This document shows, piece by piece, positions 13,364 through 25,967 of a DNA stretch of 64,000 bases. The stretch is from Escherichia coli (GTDB taxonomy: Bacteria; Pseudomonadota; Gammaproteobacteria; Enterobacterales; Enterobacteriaceae). A program made the position numbers and the translations under genes. Below the pieces are notes generated by a model. That model saw only the letters and a program-made list of their open reading frames with translations, was not told where the DNA came from and made no database searches. Location of the stretch: the NCBI RefSeq assembly GCF_003018255.1, contig NZ_CP027440.1; one strand, given 5' to 3'. Positions within the stretch are counted from its first letter, which is position 1. Each line of letters opens with the position of its first letter.

Positions 13364-14023
13364 TTACTCCGCCAAAGTACGTTTTTGCTGTTCGAGATCG
13401 CGTTCAATGCCTTCACGAACATCCTGGGGGATTTTCAGCGCATCACCCAGTGCATTCAGGTAACTGCGTTCCATAAAATGGTCAATATCAATAGCCGCGC
13501 AGCTCAGGAAATAGATTTCCAGCGCCTCTTCTTCATTGCGGACCCCGGTAGCCAGGCGTTGTGGATCCAGCGGTTGTTCGATTGCCTGCTCAATGAGTAC
13601 ACGCCCCTTCTCTTCCACACCGGCTTCTCGCAATTGCTGGTCGATTGCCGCACGTTCTTTGGCATCAATATGGCCATCACTTTTAGCGGCAAAGACCAGC
13701 GCAAGGATCAAACGTTCCGTACGCTCATCCAGCGGCGTACTTTGCGCGCCAAACTGCGGTTCATCCTGATGCGCCGCGCGAATTTTATCTTTGTATTTAT
13801 TCCACAGCACCGTACCCGCTACCGCTCCGCCGCCAACCAGTAACGCGTTTGTGCCATATTTCGTAAGAAGTTTACGTGCTGATTTATTTGCGACCAGCAG
13901 CCCAGCCAGTCCGCCTAATGCGCCAGGCACTAAAAGTTTGCCCAATCCCTGATCCGCAGACGAGGAGGTAGAAGAACGGCTTTGCCCAAGCAGGGATTGC
14001 AGTTGATTTAACCAGTTAGCCAT
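13364..14023 (-). CDS. yebE: Inner membrane protein YebE (DUF533)
   Basis: 219 aa ORF matching YebE. Confidence 0.8.
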   Translation of the reverse strand: MANWLNQLQSLLGQSRSSTSSSADQGLGKLLVPGALGGLAGLLVANKSARKLLTKYGTNALLVGGGAVAGTVLWNKYKDKIRAAHQDEPQFGAQSTPLDERTERLILALVFAAKSDGHIDAKERAAIDQQLREAGVEEKGRVLIEQAIEQPLDPQRLATGVRNEEEALEIYFLSCAAIDIDHFMERSYLNALGDALKIPQDVREGIERDLEQQKRTLAE

Positions 14024-14349
14024 ATTTGCTCCTCAATAACCATTTTTAGTGCCTGTAGCATAGCGGATGAGGATGTCAGAAAATGTATATTGAGACAAAA
14101 GATGCGCAAATAAGCGGGGCGGTAGGCCGTTATTCAAAGAAATTCGCGCCAGGTAAGGTGTTCACTGTATATAAGGTGATAAGGGTATTTTAGGTGAAAG
14201 TAGTTTGACGTTTTGAGTGGAACTGTTTGATGCTGATTGCCCGGTTCGACGCTGCTGCGTCTTCTCAGGACTACGATTGTGTTGCGTTGTAGGGCGGACA
14301 AGGCACTCGCGCCGTATCCGCCAACGGTCAATCGAATTATCAGAAGCCA

Positions 14350-14754
<405 letters not shown>

Positions 14755-14772
14755 TCAGGAGCGCAAGTTGCT

Positions 14773-15063
14773 TCAGGCCGCGTGTGAGGCATCTTCCTCT
14801 TCGGATTCAGCACCGACGACCTGTGGGGACGGTAATTTGCCGGTTTTCAGAATGGTGCTCAGCACATCTTTTTGTTCTGCCAGCCATAGCGAAAGGGCTT
14901 CACGTTGCTCGTCTTCCATTTGCACTGGAGAATTTGTCAGCCAGGTGTCAAGCAGATCCGCCGTATCAAGCATTTTGTCATAAGCATCGGCTTCCTTTTT
15001 GCTGGTAAACGACATTTTCTCTTCGCCCTCACGAATGACTACGTATTTAACTTCAACCGCCAT
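14773..15063 (-). CDS. yebG: DNA-damage-inducible protein YebG
   Basis: 96 aa MAVEVKYVVIREGEEKMSFTSKKEADAYDKML...; a LexA box sits immediately upstream. Confidence 0.85.
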   Translation of the reverse strand: MAVEVKYVVIREGEEKMSFTSKKEADAYDKMLDTADLLDTWLTNSPVQMEDEQREALSLWLAEQKDVLSTILKTGKLPSPQVVGAESEEEDASHAA

Positions 15064-15082
15064 TTGCAGCCTCTCATAATAA

Positions 15083-15098
15083 CTGTGATTTTATACAG
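15083..15098. promoter_or_regulatory. LexA (SOS) box upstream of yebG
   Basis: Plus strand aaCTGtgattttataCAGta, a CTG-N10-CAG palindrome; reverse complement TACTGTATAAAATCACAGTT. Confidence 0.7.
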
Positions 15099-15143
15099 TA
15101 TATTTCTTCTCGATTGGGAAATCAACATCAACAATAAAGACAC

Positions 15144-15159
15144 GCGCAAACGTTTTCGT
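15144..15159. promoter_or_regulatory. PurR operator (PUR box) upstream of purT
   Basis: GCGCAAACGTTTTCGT closely matches the PUR box consensus aCGCAAACGTTTTCtT, about 40 bp upstream of the purT start. Confidence 0.6.
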
Positions 15160-15196
15160 TTATACTGCGCGCGGAATAAATCAGGGGATATTCGTT

Positions 15197-16375
15197 ATGA
15201 CGTTATTAGGCACTGCGCTGCGTCCGGCAGCAACTCGCGTGATGTTATTAGGCTCCGGTGAACTGGGTAAAGAAGTGGCAATCGAGTGTCAGCGTCTCGG
15301 CGTAGAGGTGATTGCCGTCGATCGCTATGCCGACGCACCAGCCATGCATGTCGCGCATCGCTCCCATGTCATTAATATGCTTGATGGTGATGCATTACGC
15401 CGTGTGGTTGAACTGGAAAAACCACATTATATCGTGCCGGAGATCGAAGCTATTGCCACCGATATGCTGATCCAACTTGAAGAGGAAGGACTGAATGTTG
15501 TCCCCTGCGCTCGCGCAACGAAATTAACGATGAATCGCGAGGGTATCCGTCGCCTGGCAGCAGAAGAGCTGCAGCTGCCCACTTCCACTTATCGTTTTGC
15601 CGATAACGAAAACCTTTTCCGCGAGGCGGTTGCTGAAATCGGCTATCCCTGCATTGTTAAACCGGTGATGAGTTCCTCCGGCAAGGGGCAGACGTTTATT
15701 CGTTCTGCAGAGCAACTTGCTCATGCATGGGAGTACGCTCAGCAAGGCGGTCGCGCCGGAGCGGGCCGCGTAATTGTTGAAGGCGTCGTTAAGTTTGACT
15801 TCGAAATTACCCTGCTAACCGTCAGCGCGGTGGATGGCGTCCATTTCTGTGCACCGGTAGGTCATCGCCAGGAAGATGGCGACTATCGTGAATCCTGGCA
15901 ACCACAGCAAATGAGCCAGCTGGCTTTGGAACGTGCGCAAGAGATTGCCCGTAAAGTGGTGCTGGCACTGGGCGGTTATGGGCTGTTTGGTGTCGAGCTG
16001 TTTGTCTGTGGTGATGAGGTGATTTTCAGTGAGGTCTCCCCTCGCCCACATGATACCGGGATGGTGACGTTAATTTCTCAGGATCTCTCGGAGTTTGCCC
16101 TGCATGTGCGAGCCTTTCTCGGACTTCCGGTTGGCGGGATCCGTCAGTATGGTCCTGCAGCTTCTGCCGTTATCCTGCCACAACTGACCAGTCAGAATGT
16201 CACGTTTGATAATGTGCAGAATGCCGTAGGCGCAGGCATACAGATTCGTTTATTTGGTAAGCCGGAAATTGATGGCAGCCGTCGTCTGGGTGTTGCGCTG
16301 GCGACCGCTGAGAGTGTTGATGAAGCGATTGAGCGCGCAAAGCACGCCGCCGGACAGGTAAAAGTACAGGGTTAA
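15197..16375 (+). CDS. purT: Formate-dependent phosphoribosylglycinamide formyltransferase (GAR transformylase T)
   Basis: 392 aa ATP-grasp protein beginning [27 protein letters not shown]. Matches PurT. Confidence 0.9.
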   Translation: MTLLGTALRPAATRVMLLGSGELGKEVAIECQRLGVEVIAVDRYADAPAMHVAHRSHVINMLDGDALRRVVELEKPHYIVPEIEAIATDMLIQLEEEGLNVVPCARATKLTMNREGIRRLAAEELQLPTSTYRFADNENLFREAVAEIGYPCIVKPVMSSSGKGQTFIRSAEQLAHAWEYAQQGGRAGAGRVIVEGVVKFDFEITLLTVSAVDGVHFCAPVGHRQEDGDYRESWQPQQMSQLALERAQEIARKVVLALGGYGLFGVELFVCGDEVIFSEVSPRPHDTGMVTLISQDLSEFALHVRAFLGLPVGGIRQYGPAASAVILPQLTSQNVTFDNVQNAVGAGIQIRLFGKPEIDGSRRLGVALATAESVDEAIERAKHAAGQVKVQG

Positions 16376-16400
16376 ACCCGGCAAAAAAACGCTACAAAAA

Positions 16401-16425
16401 TGCCCGATCCTCGATCGGGCATTTT
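16401..16425. terminator. Hairpin plus T-tract between convergent purT and eda
   Basis: TGCCCGATCCTCGATCGGGCATTTT; a perfect stem with flanking A and T runs, so potentially bidirectional. Confidence 0.5.
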
Positions 16426-16430
16426 GACTT

Positions 16431-17072
16431 TTACAGCTTAGCGCCTTCTACAGCTTCACGCGCCAGCTTAGTAATGCGGTCGTAATCGCCCGCTTCCAGC
16501 GCATCTGCCGGAACCAGCCAGGAACCACCGATGCACAGCACGCTTTTCAGCGCCAGGTAGTCACGGTAGTTAGCCGGAGAAATACCACCTGTCGGGCAGA
16601 AACGGACCTGGGAGAACGGACCCGCGATCGCCTGCAGGGCTTTCACACCGCCGTTAGCTTCAGCCGGGAAGAATTTGAACTCTTTCAAACCGTAGTCCAT
16701 ACCCAGCATCAGTTCGGAAACAGTGCTGATCCCCGGAATCAGAGGAATAGTCCCTTCGGTAGCAGCTTTCAGCAGCGGCTCGGTCAGACCCGGGCTAATT
16801 GCAAACTGTGCACCCGCTTCAGTGACTTCTGCCAGCTGCTGTGGATTCAGCACCGTACCGGCACCCACAATCGCTTCAGGCACTTCTTTGGCGATAGCAC
16901 GGATAGCGTCAACTGCGCACTCGGTACGCAGAGTCACTTCCAGAACGCGCACCCCACCAGCAACCAACGCTTTTGCCATCGGCACCGCGTGTTCCAGTTT
17001 TTTTACCACGATAACCGGTACAACCGGGCCGGTGGTCAGGATTGATTCTGCACTTGTTTTCCAGTTTTTCAT
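16431..17072 (-). CDS. eda: KDPG / KHG aldolase
   Basis: 213 aa. Matches Eda. Confidence 0.9.
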
Positions 17073-17108
17073 CAGAGTTTTCTCTCGCCTGATTACAAAT
17101 TTGTCGTC

Positions 17109-18920
17109 TTAAAAAGTGATACAGGTTGCGCCCTGTTCGGCACCGGACAGTTTTTCACGCAAGGCGCTGAATAATTCACGTCCTGTTCCCACGCGTGACG
17201 CGCTCAGGTCAGGAATGTGTGGTTCGCGAGCAGCCAGTTCCGCTTCGTCTACCAGCAGCGTCAGTTCGCCTGTCTGTCCATTCACACGAATGATGTCCCC
17301 GTCGCGCACTTTTGCCAGCAGCCCGCCATCGTAGGCTTCTGGTGTTACGTGGATAGCTGACGGCACTTTACCTGAAGCGCCGGAGAGTCGTCCATCAGTA
17401 ACTAACGCAATTTTGAAACACCGGTCCAATAATACACCAAGTGGCGGCATGAGTTTATGTAATTCTGGCATTCCGTTCGCTTTTGGCCCCTGATGACGGA
17501 CAACAACGACACAATCGCGGTCCAGCAAACCCGCTTCAAAGGCCGGCATAACGTCATGCTGGCTTTCAAAAACAACCGCAGGCGCTTCAATCACCTGGTT
17601 CTCTACCGGCACGGCAGAGGTTTTCATAACCGCACGGCCCAGGTTACCGCTTAACACTTTTGTCCCACCATGATGAGAGAAAGGTTGTTCGAAGGAAGCG
17701 ATCACATTGCTGTCGAGTGATTTTTCCGCCCCTTCCCGCCAGTCCAGTTCACCATTATTCAGCCATGGTTCAAGGGTATAACGAGACAGACCAAAGCCTG
17801 CCACCGTATTGACATCTTCATGCAGCAGGCCTGCTTTGAGCAGTTCACGCACCAGAACCGGTACGCCACCTGCCGCCTGGAAGTGGTTAATATCGGCCGG
17901 ACCGTTCGGGTAGAGACGTGCCATCAGCGGTACAACATCAGAAAGGTCAGAGAAGTCATCCCAGTTAATCTGAATACCGGCTGCGCGCGCCATCGCCACC
18001 AGGTGCATGGTGTGGTTAGTGGAACCACCGGTCGCCAGCAGTGCAACGATACCGTTCACCACCACTTTCTCATCGATCATCTTACCGATCGGCATCCATT
18101 CATTACCATTACCGGTCATGCGCGTAACCTGGCGCGCAGCTGCAGCGGTCAAAGCATCGCGCAGCGGAGAATCCGGATGAACAAAAGAAGAGCCTGGCAA
18201 CTGCATCCCCATAAACTCCACCACCATCTGGTTGGTGTTGGCAGTACCGTAGAAAGTACATGTTCCCGGCGCATGATAAGACGCGGCTTCTGACTCCAGT
18301 AGTGCCATGCGGTCCACTTTACCTTCGGCATAAAGCTGGCGAATACGCACTTTTTCTTTATTTGGCAAACCGCTTGCCATCGGTCCAGACGGCACAAACA
18401 CCGCAGGCAAATGCCCAAACGACAGGGCTGCCATCGTCAGACCCGGGACAATCTTGTCGCACACACCGAGGAACAGAGCACCATCAAACATGTTATGGGA
18501 CAGCCCCACCGCCGCAGACATCGCAATCACTTCGCGGCTTAACAGCGACAATTCCATTCCATCCTGCCCCTGGGTGACACCATCACACATCGCCGGAACA
18601 CCGCCTGCAACCTGACCAACCGCATTTGCTTCATGCAGGGCTTTACGAATGATTTCTGGATAGTGTTCATAAGGCTGGTGCGCGGAGAGCATGTCGTTAT
18701 AGGAGGTGATGATGGCGATATTGTTACGCAACATGCTTTTCAAAGAGGCTTTGTCTTCTGGCTGGCAGGCAGCGAAACCGTGTGCCAGGTTACCGCATGC
18801 CAACTGCGAACGATGAACGGTCGAAGTTTTCGCTTGTTCTATCCGGGCGAGGTAAGCAGAGCGAGTCTCGCGCGAACGTTCAATGATTCGATTTGTTACA
18901 CGTAACAATTGTGGATTCAT
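17109..18920 (-). CDS. edd: Phosphogluconate dehydratase (Entner-Doudoroff)
   Basis: 603 aa from [16 protein letters not shown]; IlvD/Edd family; the ORF track has a 22-codon extension. Confidence 0.9.
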   Translation of the reverse strand: MNPQLLRVTNRIIERSRETRSAYLARIEQAKTSTVHRSQLACGNLAHGFAACQPEDKASLKSMLRNNIAIITSYNDMLSAHQPYEHYPEIIRKALHEANAVGQVAGGVPAMCDGVTQGQDGMELSLLSREVIAMSAAVGLSHNMFDGALFLGVCDKIVPGLTMAALSFGHLPAVFVPSGPMASGLPNKEKVRIRQLYAEGKVDRMALLESEAASYHAPGTCTFYGTANTNQMVVEFMGMQLPGSSFVHPDSPLRDALTAAAARQVTRMTGNGNEWMPIGKMIDEKVVVNGIVALLATGGSTNHTMHLVAMARAAGIQINWDDFSDLSDVVPLMARLYPNGPADINHFQAAGGVPVLVRELLKAGLLHEDVNTVAGFGLSRYTLEPWLNNGELDWREGAEKSLDSNVIASFEQPFSHHGGTKVLSGNLGRAVMKTSAVPVENQVIEAPAVVFESQHDVMPAFEAGLLDRDCVVVVRHQGPKANGMPELHKLMPPLGVLLDRCFKIALVTDGRLSGASGKVPSAIHVTPEAYDGGLLAKVRDGDIIRVNGQTGELTLLVDEAELAAREPHIPDLSASRVGTGRELFSALREKLSGAEQGATCITF

Positions 18921-19114
18921 AAAGGCTCCTGAAATTGAGTTGTCAGAGCAGGATGATTCACAACACGTTTCATTCAGAGGATTCATGACTGAAACGCCTG
19001 TAACCGGAGCTCATAGGGCAAAAACGTTTCAGTCAGTGTAATAAAAAAAGCCTCGTGGGTGAATCCGCACGAGGCCTGAAAGTGTAAAAATTGTTCTACA
19101 ATCTGTGCAAGATC

Positions 19115-19130
19115 ATGTTACCGGTAAAAT
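19115..19130. promoter_or_regulatory. Candidate GntR operator upstream of edd
   Basis: ATGTTACCGGTAAAAT, a near-palindrome resembling the GntR site ATGTTACCGGTAACAT, about 195 bp upstream of the edd start. Confidence 0.4.
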
Positions 19131-19154
19131 AACCATAAAGGATGAGCGCAGATA

Positions 19155-20630
19155 TTACTCAAACTCATTCCAGGAACGACCATCACGGGTAATCATCGCC
19201 ACTGAGGCAACGGGTCCCCAGGTTCCGGCCTGATACGGTTTCGGCGCATCATTGTCCATCGCCCACGCCTCAGTAATGGAGTCTACCCATTTCCAGGCTT
19301 CTTCCACTTCATCGCGACGTACGAACAGTGCCTGAATACCACGCATGGTTTCCAGCAGCAGACGTTCATAGGCATCTGCCAGATGCGTTTGATTAAAGGT
19401 TTCTGAATAGCTCAGATCCAGCTTGGTGATTTGCAGGTTATGTTTATGGTCAAGGCCAGGAACTTTATTTAGTACCTGGATATCCACGCCTTCATCAGGT
19501 TGCAGACGGATAGTCAGTTTATTCTGCGGCAGATCCTGCCACGACTCTTTAAACAGATTCAGTTCAGGTGTTTTGAAATAGACCACGACTTCAGAACATT
19601 TGGTCGGCAGACGTTTACCAGTACGCAGGTAGAATGGCACACCGGCCCAGCGCCAGTTATCAATGTCGACGCGGATCGCCACGAAGGTTTCTGTATTGCT
19701 GCTCTTGTTCGCGCCCTCTTCTTCCAGATATCCCGGCACTTTTTTGCCCTGGGCGAAGCCCGCAGTATATTGCCCGCGTACGGTTTTTTCGCGCACGTTG
19801 GAGCGGTCAATGCGGCGCAGAGACTTCAGTACTTTCACTTTTTCATCGCGGATGCTGTCTGCACTCAGGTCAGACGGCGGAGACATCGCAATCATGCAAA
19901 GAATTTGCAGCAGGTGGTTCTGGATCATGTCGCGCATCTGACCGGCTTTATCAAAATAGCCCCAGCGCCCTTCGATCCCCACTTCTTCTGCCACGGTAAT
20001 CTCAACATGATCAATGGTGCGATTGTCCCAGTTATTCACAAACAGGGAGTTAGCAAAACGCAGCGCCAACAGGTTCAGCACCGTTTCTTTACCAAGATAG
20101 TGGTCGATACGGTAAACCTGGCACTCCTCGAAGTATTCGCCAACCTGATCGTTGATTTCCTGCGAGGTCGCCAGCGACGTCCCCAGCGGTTTCTCCATGA
20201 CTACGCGTGCCGGTTTAGCATTCAGTTTTGCCTCACCAAGCCCTTTGCAAATTGCGCCAAAAGTGCTGGGCGGCATGGCAAAGTAGTTAATGGTGATACG
20301 ATTTTTTTGATCCAGCATCGCGCCGAGACGGCTGAATGCAGCAGTGTCATTGACATCGAGATTACAAAAATCCAGACGTGCACTCAGGGTGTCCCATAAA
20401 CCTTCATCAATGGTTTCTTTCATGAAAGTTTCGAGCGCCTCGCGGACAACTTTGGTATAAGCCGCTTTATCCCAGTCAGCACGCCCTACGCCGATAATCC
20501 GGGTGTCCGGGTTGAGCTGACCGGCTTTTTCCAGTTGATACAGGGAAGGCAGCAATTTACGACGCGCAAGGTCGCCTTTCGCGCCGAAAATGACCAGGTC
20601 ACAGGCCTGGGCTGTTTGCGTTACCGCCAT
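19155..20630 (-). CDS. zwf: Glucose-6-phosphate 1-dehydrogenase
   Basis: 491 aa [33 protein letters not shown] with the RIDHYLGKE active-site motif. Confidence 0.95.
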   Translation of the reverse strand: MAVTQTAQACDLVIFGAKGDLARRKLLPSLYQLEKAGQLNPDTRIIGVGRADWDKAAYTKVVREALETFMKETIDEGLWDTLSARLDFCNLDVNDTAAFSRLGAMLDQKNRITINYFAMPPSTFGAICKGLGEAKLNAKPARVVMEKPLGTSLATSQEINDQVGEYFEECQVYRIDHYLGKETVLNLLALRFANSLFVNNWDNRTIDHVEITVAEEVGIEGRWGYFDKAGQMRDMIQNHLLQILCMIAMSPPSDLSADSIRDEKVKVLKSLRRIDRSNVREKTVRGQYTAGFAQGKKVPGYLEEEGANKSSNTETFVAIRVDIDNWRWAGVPFYLRTGKRLPTKCSEVVVYFKTPELNLFKESWQDLPQNKLTIRLQPDEGVDIQVLNKVPGLDHKHNLQITKLDLSYSETFNQTHLADAYERLLLETMRGIQALFVRRDEVEEAWKWVDSITEAWAMDNDAPKPYQAGTWGPVASVAMITRDGRSWNEFE

Positions 20631-20967
20631 GTCATTCTCCTTAAGTTAACTATCCCGGTACTTAAGCCAGGGTATACTTGTAATTTTCTTACGGTGCACT
20701 GTACTGCTTTTACGAGCTTGCGAAAACTGTAAACGCTTATCCACCCGTGCGATTACGGTAAAAGCGCGCAAAGTGCGGCAAAACTGATAAAAAAATCATC
20801 GTTTTCCATTGGGTAAAAATCTGACACTGATCATGTTATGAAAAAAAATAACAACTTTTTTATCTGCTTTTGTCATTAACACAGCACACAGGCGTAATAT
20901 CTGACAAAACTGCATTTCGATTTCTTTCAGAGCGGAAATCGTCATTACCCGTGAGTCTCTTTACATC

Positions 20968-21837
20968 ATGAATATGCTGGAAAAAATCCAGTCTCAGCTG
21001 GAACATTTGAGCAAATCTGAGCGCAAAGTTGCCGAGGTCATTCTGGCTTCGCCCGATAACGCGATCCATTCGAGTATTGCTGCTCTGGCGCTGGAAGCCA
21101 ATGTTAGCGAACCGACGGTGAATCGTTTCTGTCGCAGCATGGACACTCGCGGTTTTCCTGATTTTAAACTTCATCTGGCACAAAGTCTGGCGAATGGCAC
21201 TCCCTATGTTAATCGCAACGTCAATGAAGATGACAGCGTTGAATCATACACGGGGAAAATATTTGAGTCCGCAATGGCAACGCTCGATCATGTCCGTCAT
21301 TCACTGGATAAATCTGCCATCAACCGCGCCGTCGATTTGCTCACTCAGGCAAAAAAAATCGCCTTTTTCGGATTAGGCTCTTCAGCCGCCGTTGCCCACG
21401 ATGCGATGAATAAGTTCTTTCGTTTTAATGTTCCGGTGGTGTACTCCGATGATATCGTGCTGCAACGCATGAGTTGTATGAATTGTAGCGACGGAGACGT
21501 GGTGGTGCTGATTTCTCACACGGGAAGAACAAAAAATCTGGTCGAGCTGGCGCAGCTGGCACGCGAAAACGACGCCATAGTGATTGCCCTCACCTCTGCG
21601 GGTACCCCGCTCGCCCGGGAAGCAACGCTGGCAATTACCCTCGACGTACCGGAAGATACTGACATTTATATGCCCATGGTTTCTCGACTTGCGCAGCTGA
21701 CCGTGATAGATGTGCTGGCGACAGGATTTACTTTGCGACGCGGTGCAAAATTCAGAGATAACTTGAAGCGGGTCAAGGAAGCGCTGAAGGAATCGCGTTT
21801 TGATAAGCAGCTACTTAATTTAAGTGACGATCGCTAA
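20968..21837 (+). CDS. hexR: RpiR/HexR-family transcriptional regulator (HTH plus SIS domain)
   Basis: 289 aa; divergent from zwf. Matches YebK/HexR. Confidence 0.85.
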
Positions 21838-21964
21838 AAACGACTGTCACTGTCCTAATCTTATACGACATCCGAATGAGATTAATTTATCGCCATCGCG
21901 GCGTTATTTCATTCGGATTTCATGTTCAAGCAACACCTGGTTGTTTCAGTCAACGGAGTATTAC

Positions 21965-23407
21965 ATGTCCAGAAGGCTTCGCAGAACAAAAATCGTTACC
22001 ACGTTAGGCCCAGCAACAGATCGCGATAATAACCTTGAAAAAGTTATCGCAGCGGGTGCCAACGTTGTACGTATGAACTTTTCTCACGGCTCGCCTGAAG
22101 ATCACAAAATGCGCGCGGATAAAGTTCGTGAAATTGCCGCAAAACTGGGGCGTCATGTGGCTATTCTGGGTGACCTCCAGGGGCCCAAAATTCGTGTATC
22201 CACCTTTAAAGAAGGCAAAGTTTTCCTCAATATTGGGGATAAATTCCTGCTCGACGCCAACCTGGGTAAAGGTGAAGGCGACAAAGAAAAAGTCGGTATC
22301 GACTACAAAGGCCTGCCTGCTGACGTCGTGCCTGGTGACATCCTGCTGCTGGACGATGGTCGCGTTCAGTTAAAAGTACTGGAAGTTCAGGGCATGAAAG
22401 TGTTCACCGAAGTGACCGTCGGTGGTCCCCTCTCCAACAATAAAGGTATCAACAAACTTGGCGGCGGTTTGTCGGCTGAAGCGCTGACCGAAAAAGACAA
22501 AGCAGACATTAAGACTGCAGCGTTAATTGGCGTAGATTACCTGGCTGTCTCCTTCCCACGCTGCGGCGAAGATCTGAACTATGCCCGTCGGCTGGCACGC
22601 GATGCAGGATGTGATGCGAAAATTGTTGCCAAGGTTGAACGTGCGGAAGCCGTTTGCAGCCAGGATGCAATGGATGACATCATCCTCGCCTCTGACGTGG
22701 TAATGGTTGCTCGCGGCGACCTCGGTGTGGAAATTGGCGATCCGGAACTGGTCGGCATTCAGAAAGCGTTGATCCGTCGTGCGCGTCAGCTTAACCGCGC
22801 AGTAATCACGGCGACCCAGATGATGGAGTCAATGATTACTAACCCGATGCCGACGCGTGCAGAAGTCATGGACGTAGCAAACGCCGTTCTGGATGGTACT
22901 GACGCTGTGATGCTTTCTGCAGAAACTGCTGCTGGTCAGTATCCGTCAGAAACCGTTGCAGCCATGGCACGCGTTTGCCTGGGCGCGGAAAAAATCCCGA
23001 GCATCAACGTTTCTAAACACCGTCTGGACGTTCAGTTCGACAATGTGGAAGAAGCCATTGCCATGTCAGCAATGTACGCGGCTAACCACCTGAAAGGCGT
23101 TACGGCGATCATCACCATGACCGAATCGGGTCGTACCGCGCTGATGACCTCCCGTATCAGCTCTGGTCTGCCAATTTTCGCCATGTCACGCCATGAACGT
23201 ACGCTGAACCTGACTGCTCTCTATCGCGGCGTTACGCCGGTGCACTTTGATAGCGCTAATGACGGCGTAGCGGCTGCCAGCGAAGCGGTTAATCTGCTGC
23301 GCGATAAAGGTTACTTGATGTCTGGTGACCTGGTGATTGTCACCCAGGGCGACGTGATGAGTACCGTGGGTTCTACTAATACCACGCGTATTTTAACGGT
23401 AGAGTAA
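21965..23407 (+). CDS. pykA: Pyruvate kinase II
   Basis: 480 aa from [20 protein letters not shown]; the ORF track has a 47-codon upstream extension that is unlikely to be real. Confidence 0.9.
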
Positions 23408-23411
23408 GTAC

Positions 23412-23450
23412 GTTGCCGGATGCGGCGAAAACGCCTCATCCGGCCTACAG
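23412..23450. repeat. REP element downstream of pykA
   Basis: GTTGCCGGATGCGGCGAAAACGCCTCATCCGGCCTACAG matches the REP consensus family GCCGGATGCGGCGTAAACGCCTTATCCGGCCTAC. Confidence 0.6.
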
Positions 23451-23538
23451 TTCAATGATAATTCAACAGATTTCGAATCTTCTGAAGCAAACTTGAACTT
23501 ATCACCAGTCGAAGGCCTCTCCTCGCGAGAGGCATTTT

Positions 23539-24510
23539 TTATTTGATGGGATAAAGATCTTTGCGCTTATACGGTTGGATTTCGCCCGGTTTGCGAGTTT
23601 TCAGCAATTTTAATATCCAGGTGTATTGTTCTGGTCGCGGACCAACAAAAATCTCGACTTCTTCATTCATCCGCCGCGCAATCGTATGATCATCCGCCTC
23701 TAACAGATCATCCATCGGTGGGCGCACCTGAATCGTCAAACGATGCGTTTTGCCATCATAAATCGGAAACAGCGGTACAACGCGCGCACGGCACACTTTC
23801 ATCAAACGACCAATCGCAGGCAACGTCGCTTTATAGGTGGCAAAGAAATCAACAAATTCGCTGTGCTCTGGGCCATGATCCTGATCGGGTAAATAATATC
23901 CCCAGTAGCCCTGACGTACCGACTGGATGAATGGTTTAATACCATCATTTCTCGCATGCAGACGACCGCCAAAGCGACGACGCACCGTGTTCCAGACATA
24001 ATCAAAAACCGGGTTGCCCTGATTATGGAACATCGCTGCCATTTTCTGCCCTTGCGAGGCCATCAGCATGGCAGGAATATCGACGGCCCAACCGTGCGGC
24101 ACCAGAAAAATCACTTTCTCGTTATTACGCCGCATCTCTTCGATAATCTCCAGCCCTTGCCAGTCAACGCGCGGCTGAATTTTCTCCGGCCCGCGTATTG
24201 CCAACTCAGCCATCATTGCCATCGCTTGCGGCGCGGTGGCAAACATCTCATCTACAATCGCTTCGCGTTCAGCTTCACTACGTTCTGGAAAGCAGAGCGA
24301 CAGATTGATTAACGCACGACGGCGTGAGCTTTTTCCCAGTCGTCCGGCAAAACGTCCCAGCCGTGCCAGAATGGGATCACGGAACTTTGGCGGCGTTAAA
24401 GCGATACCCGCCATCGCGGCTACGCCCAGCCATGCTCCCCAGTAGCGCGGGTGGCGAAAGGATTTATCAAACTCAGGAATGTATTCGCTATTATTTTTTT
24501 TCGTTTCCAT
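23539..24510 (-). CDS. lpxM: Lipid A myristoyltransferase (late acyltransferase)
   Basis: 323 aa. Matches LpxM/MsbB. Confidence 0.9.
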
Positions 24511-24629
24511 GCTTTTCCAGTTTCGGATAAGGCAAAAATCAATCTGGTGATAGTGTAGCGGCGCAACTTGCCCCGCACCAAATAAAAAAAGCCGGTACTG
24601 ACTGCGTACCGGCTGCGAATGGATGTTAA

Positions 24630-25952
24630 TTAATCAAACCGTAGCTGCGGCACAATCTCTTTGGCCTGCGCCAGGAATTCGCGACGATCGGAGCCGGTCA
24701 GCCCTTCGGTACGCGGCAGTTTTGCCGTCAGCGGGTTTACGGCCTGCTGGTTTATCCATACTTCATAGTGCAGATGCGGCCCGGTTGAACGTCCGGTATT
24801 ACCGGAAAGCGCGATACGGTCGCCACGTTTCACCTTCTGTCCCGGTTTCACCAGGATCTTGCGCAAGTGCATATAACGCGTGGTGTAGCTGCGACCATGA
24901 CGAATAGCCACATAATAACCTGCTGCGCCACTGCGTTTGGCAACCACCACTTCACCGTCACCCACTGAAAGCACTGGCGTACCTTGTGGCATGGCAAAAT
25001 CAACACCTCTGTGTGGCGCAACGCGACCGGTCACCGGATTAGTACGACGCGGGTTAAAGTTAGATGAGATACGGAACTGTTTCGCCGTCGGGAATCGCAA
25101 GAATCCTTTCGCCAGACCAGTACCGTTACGATCGTAGAATTTGCCATCTTCAGCGCGGATTGCGTAATAATCTTTACCTTCTGAACGCAAACGTACGCCC
25201 AGCAGCTGGCTTTGCTCACGTTTACCATCAAGCATTTCTCGTGACATTAACACCGCAAATTCATCGCCTTTTTTCAGTTTGCGGAAATCCATTTGCCACT
25301 GCATGGCTTTAATCACTGCGCTCACTTCGGCGCTGGTTAAACCGGCGTTTCTGGCGCTGGCAACAAAGCTTCCCCCGACGGTACCTTTCAGCAGATTGTT
25401 GACCCACTCTCCTTGCTGCATTTCGCTGGTCATTTTAAAACCGTTAGCGGCAGTACGGTCATAGGTTCGGGTTTCACGACGAGACACTTCCCAGGTGAGG
25501 CGCTGCAGTTCGCCGTCCGCGGTTAATGTCCAGGAGAGTTGTTGACCGATTTTCAGGTTACGCAATTCTTTGTCGGCAGCAGCCAGTTGGGTGATATCAC
25601 CCATATCAATACCATACTGATTGAGAATGCTGCTTAGCGTATCGCCAGTGGAAACAACATATTCATGCACGCCCGCTTCACCGGCGATTTTGTCATCCAG
25701 TTCATCCTGGGGAATGGCTTCATCTTCTTGTGCAGCTTGATCAATCGGCTCACTGGCTTCAGGTAAGAGCGAACGAATTTCGTTCTGTTCCAGCTCAATG
25801 GTTTTGACAATTGGCGTGGCATCGCGGTGATAAACATAGGGCCGCCAGACAGCGACGGCCAGAGTAAGAACGGTGAGCGACCCTAACATAACGCGGTGTG
25901 GTCGCGGTAAATTATTAAACGCCAGGGCGACAGAGCGGGCTATCTGTTGCAC
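24630..25952 (-). CDS. mepM: Murein DD-endopeptidase, LysM plus M23 peptidase
   Basis: 440 aa with LysM segment and C-terminal M23 zinc-peptidase motifs (HRGVDFA...HLHYEV). Matches YebA/MepM. Confidence 0.9.
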
Positions 25953-25967
25953 GTAATCACTTCCTCA

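Noticed and set aside
13241-13843. 200-aa plus-strand ORF
   Set aside because: Antisense to yebE with no independent signals.
14024-14349. Repeated AAGGTG-containing motifs and a CTGTATATAA LexA-like half-site in the yebE upstream region
   Set aside because: Only a half-site (no CTG-N10-CAG palindrome), and the repeats do not match a regulator consensus I can name with confidence; not enough to call a site.
19500-20399. 299-aa plus-strand ORF
   Set aside because: Antisense to zwf; same reasoning.
21824-21964. 47-codon N-terminal extension of pykA suggested by the ORF track
   Set aside because: The extension overlaps the hexR 3' end. PykA begins [20 protein letters not shown] at 21965; that start is assigned from recollection of the protein, not from a sequence signal.
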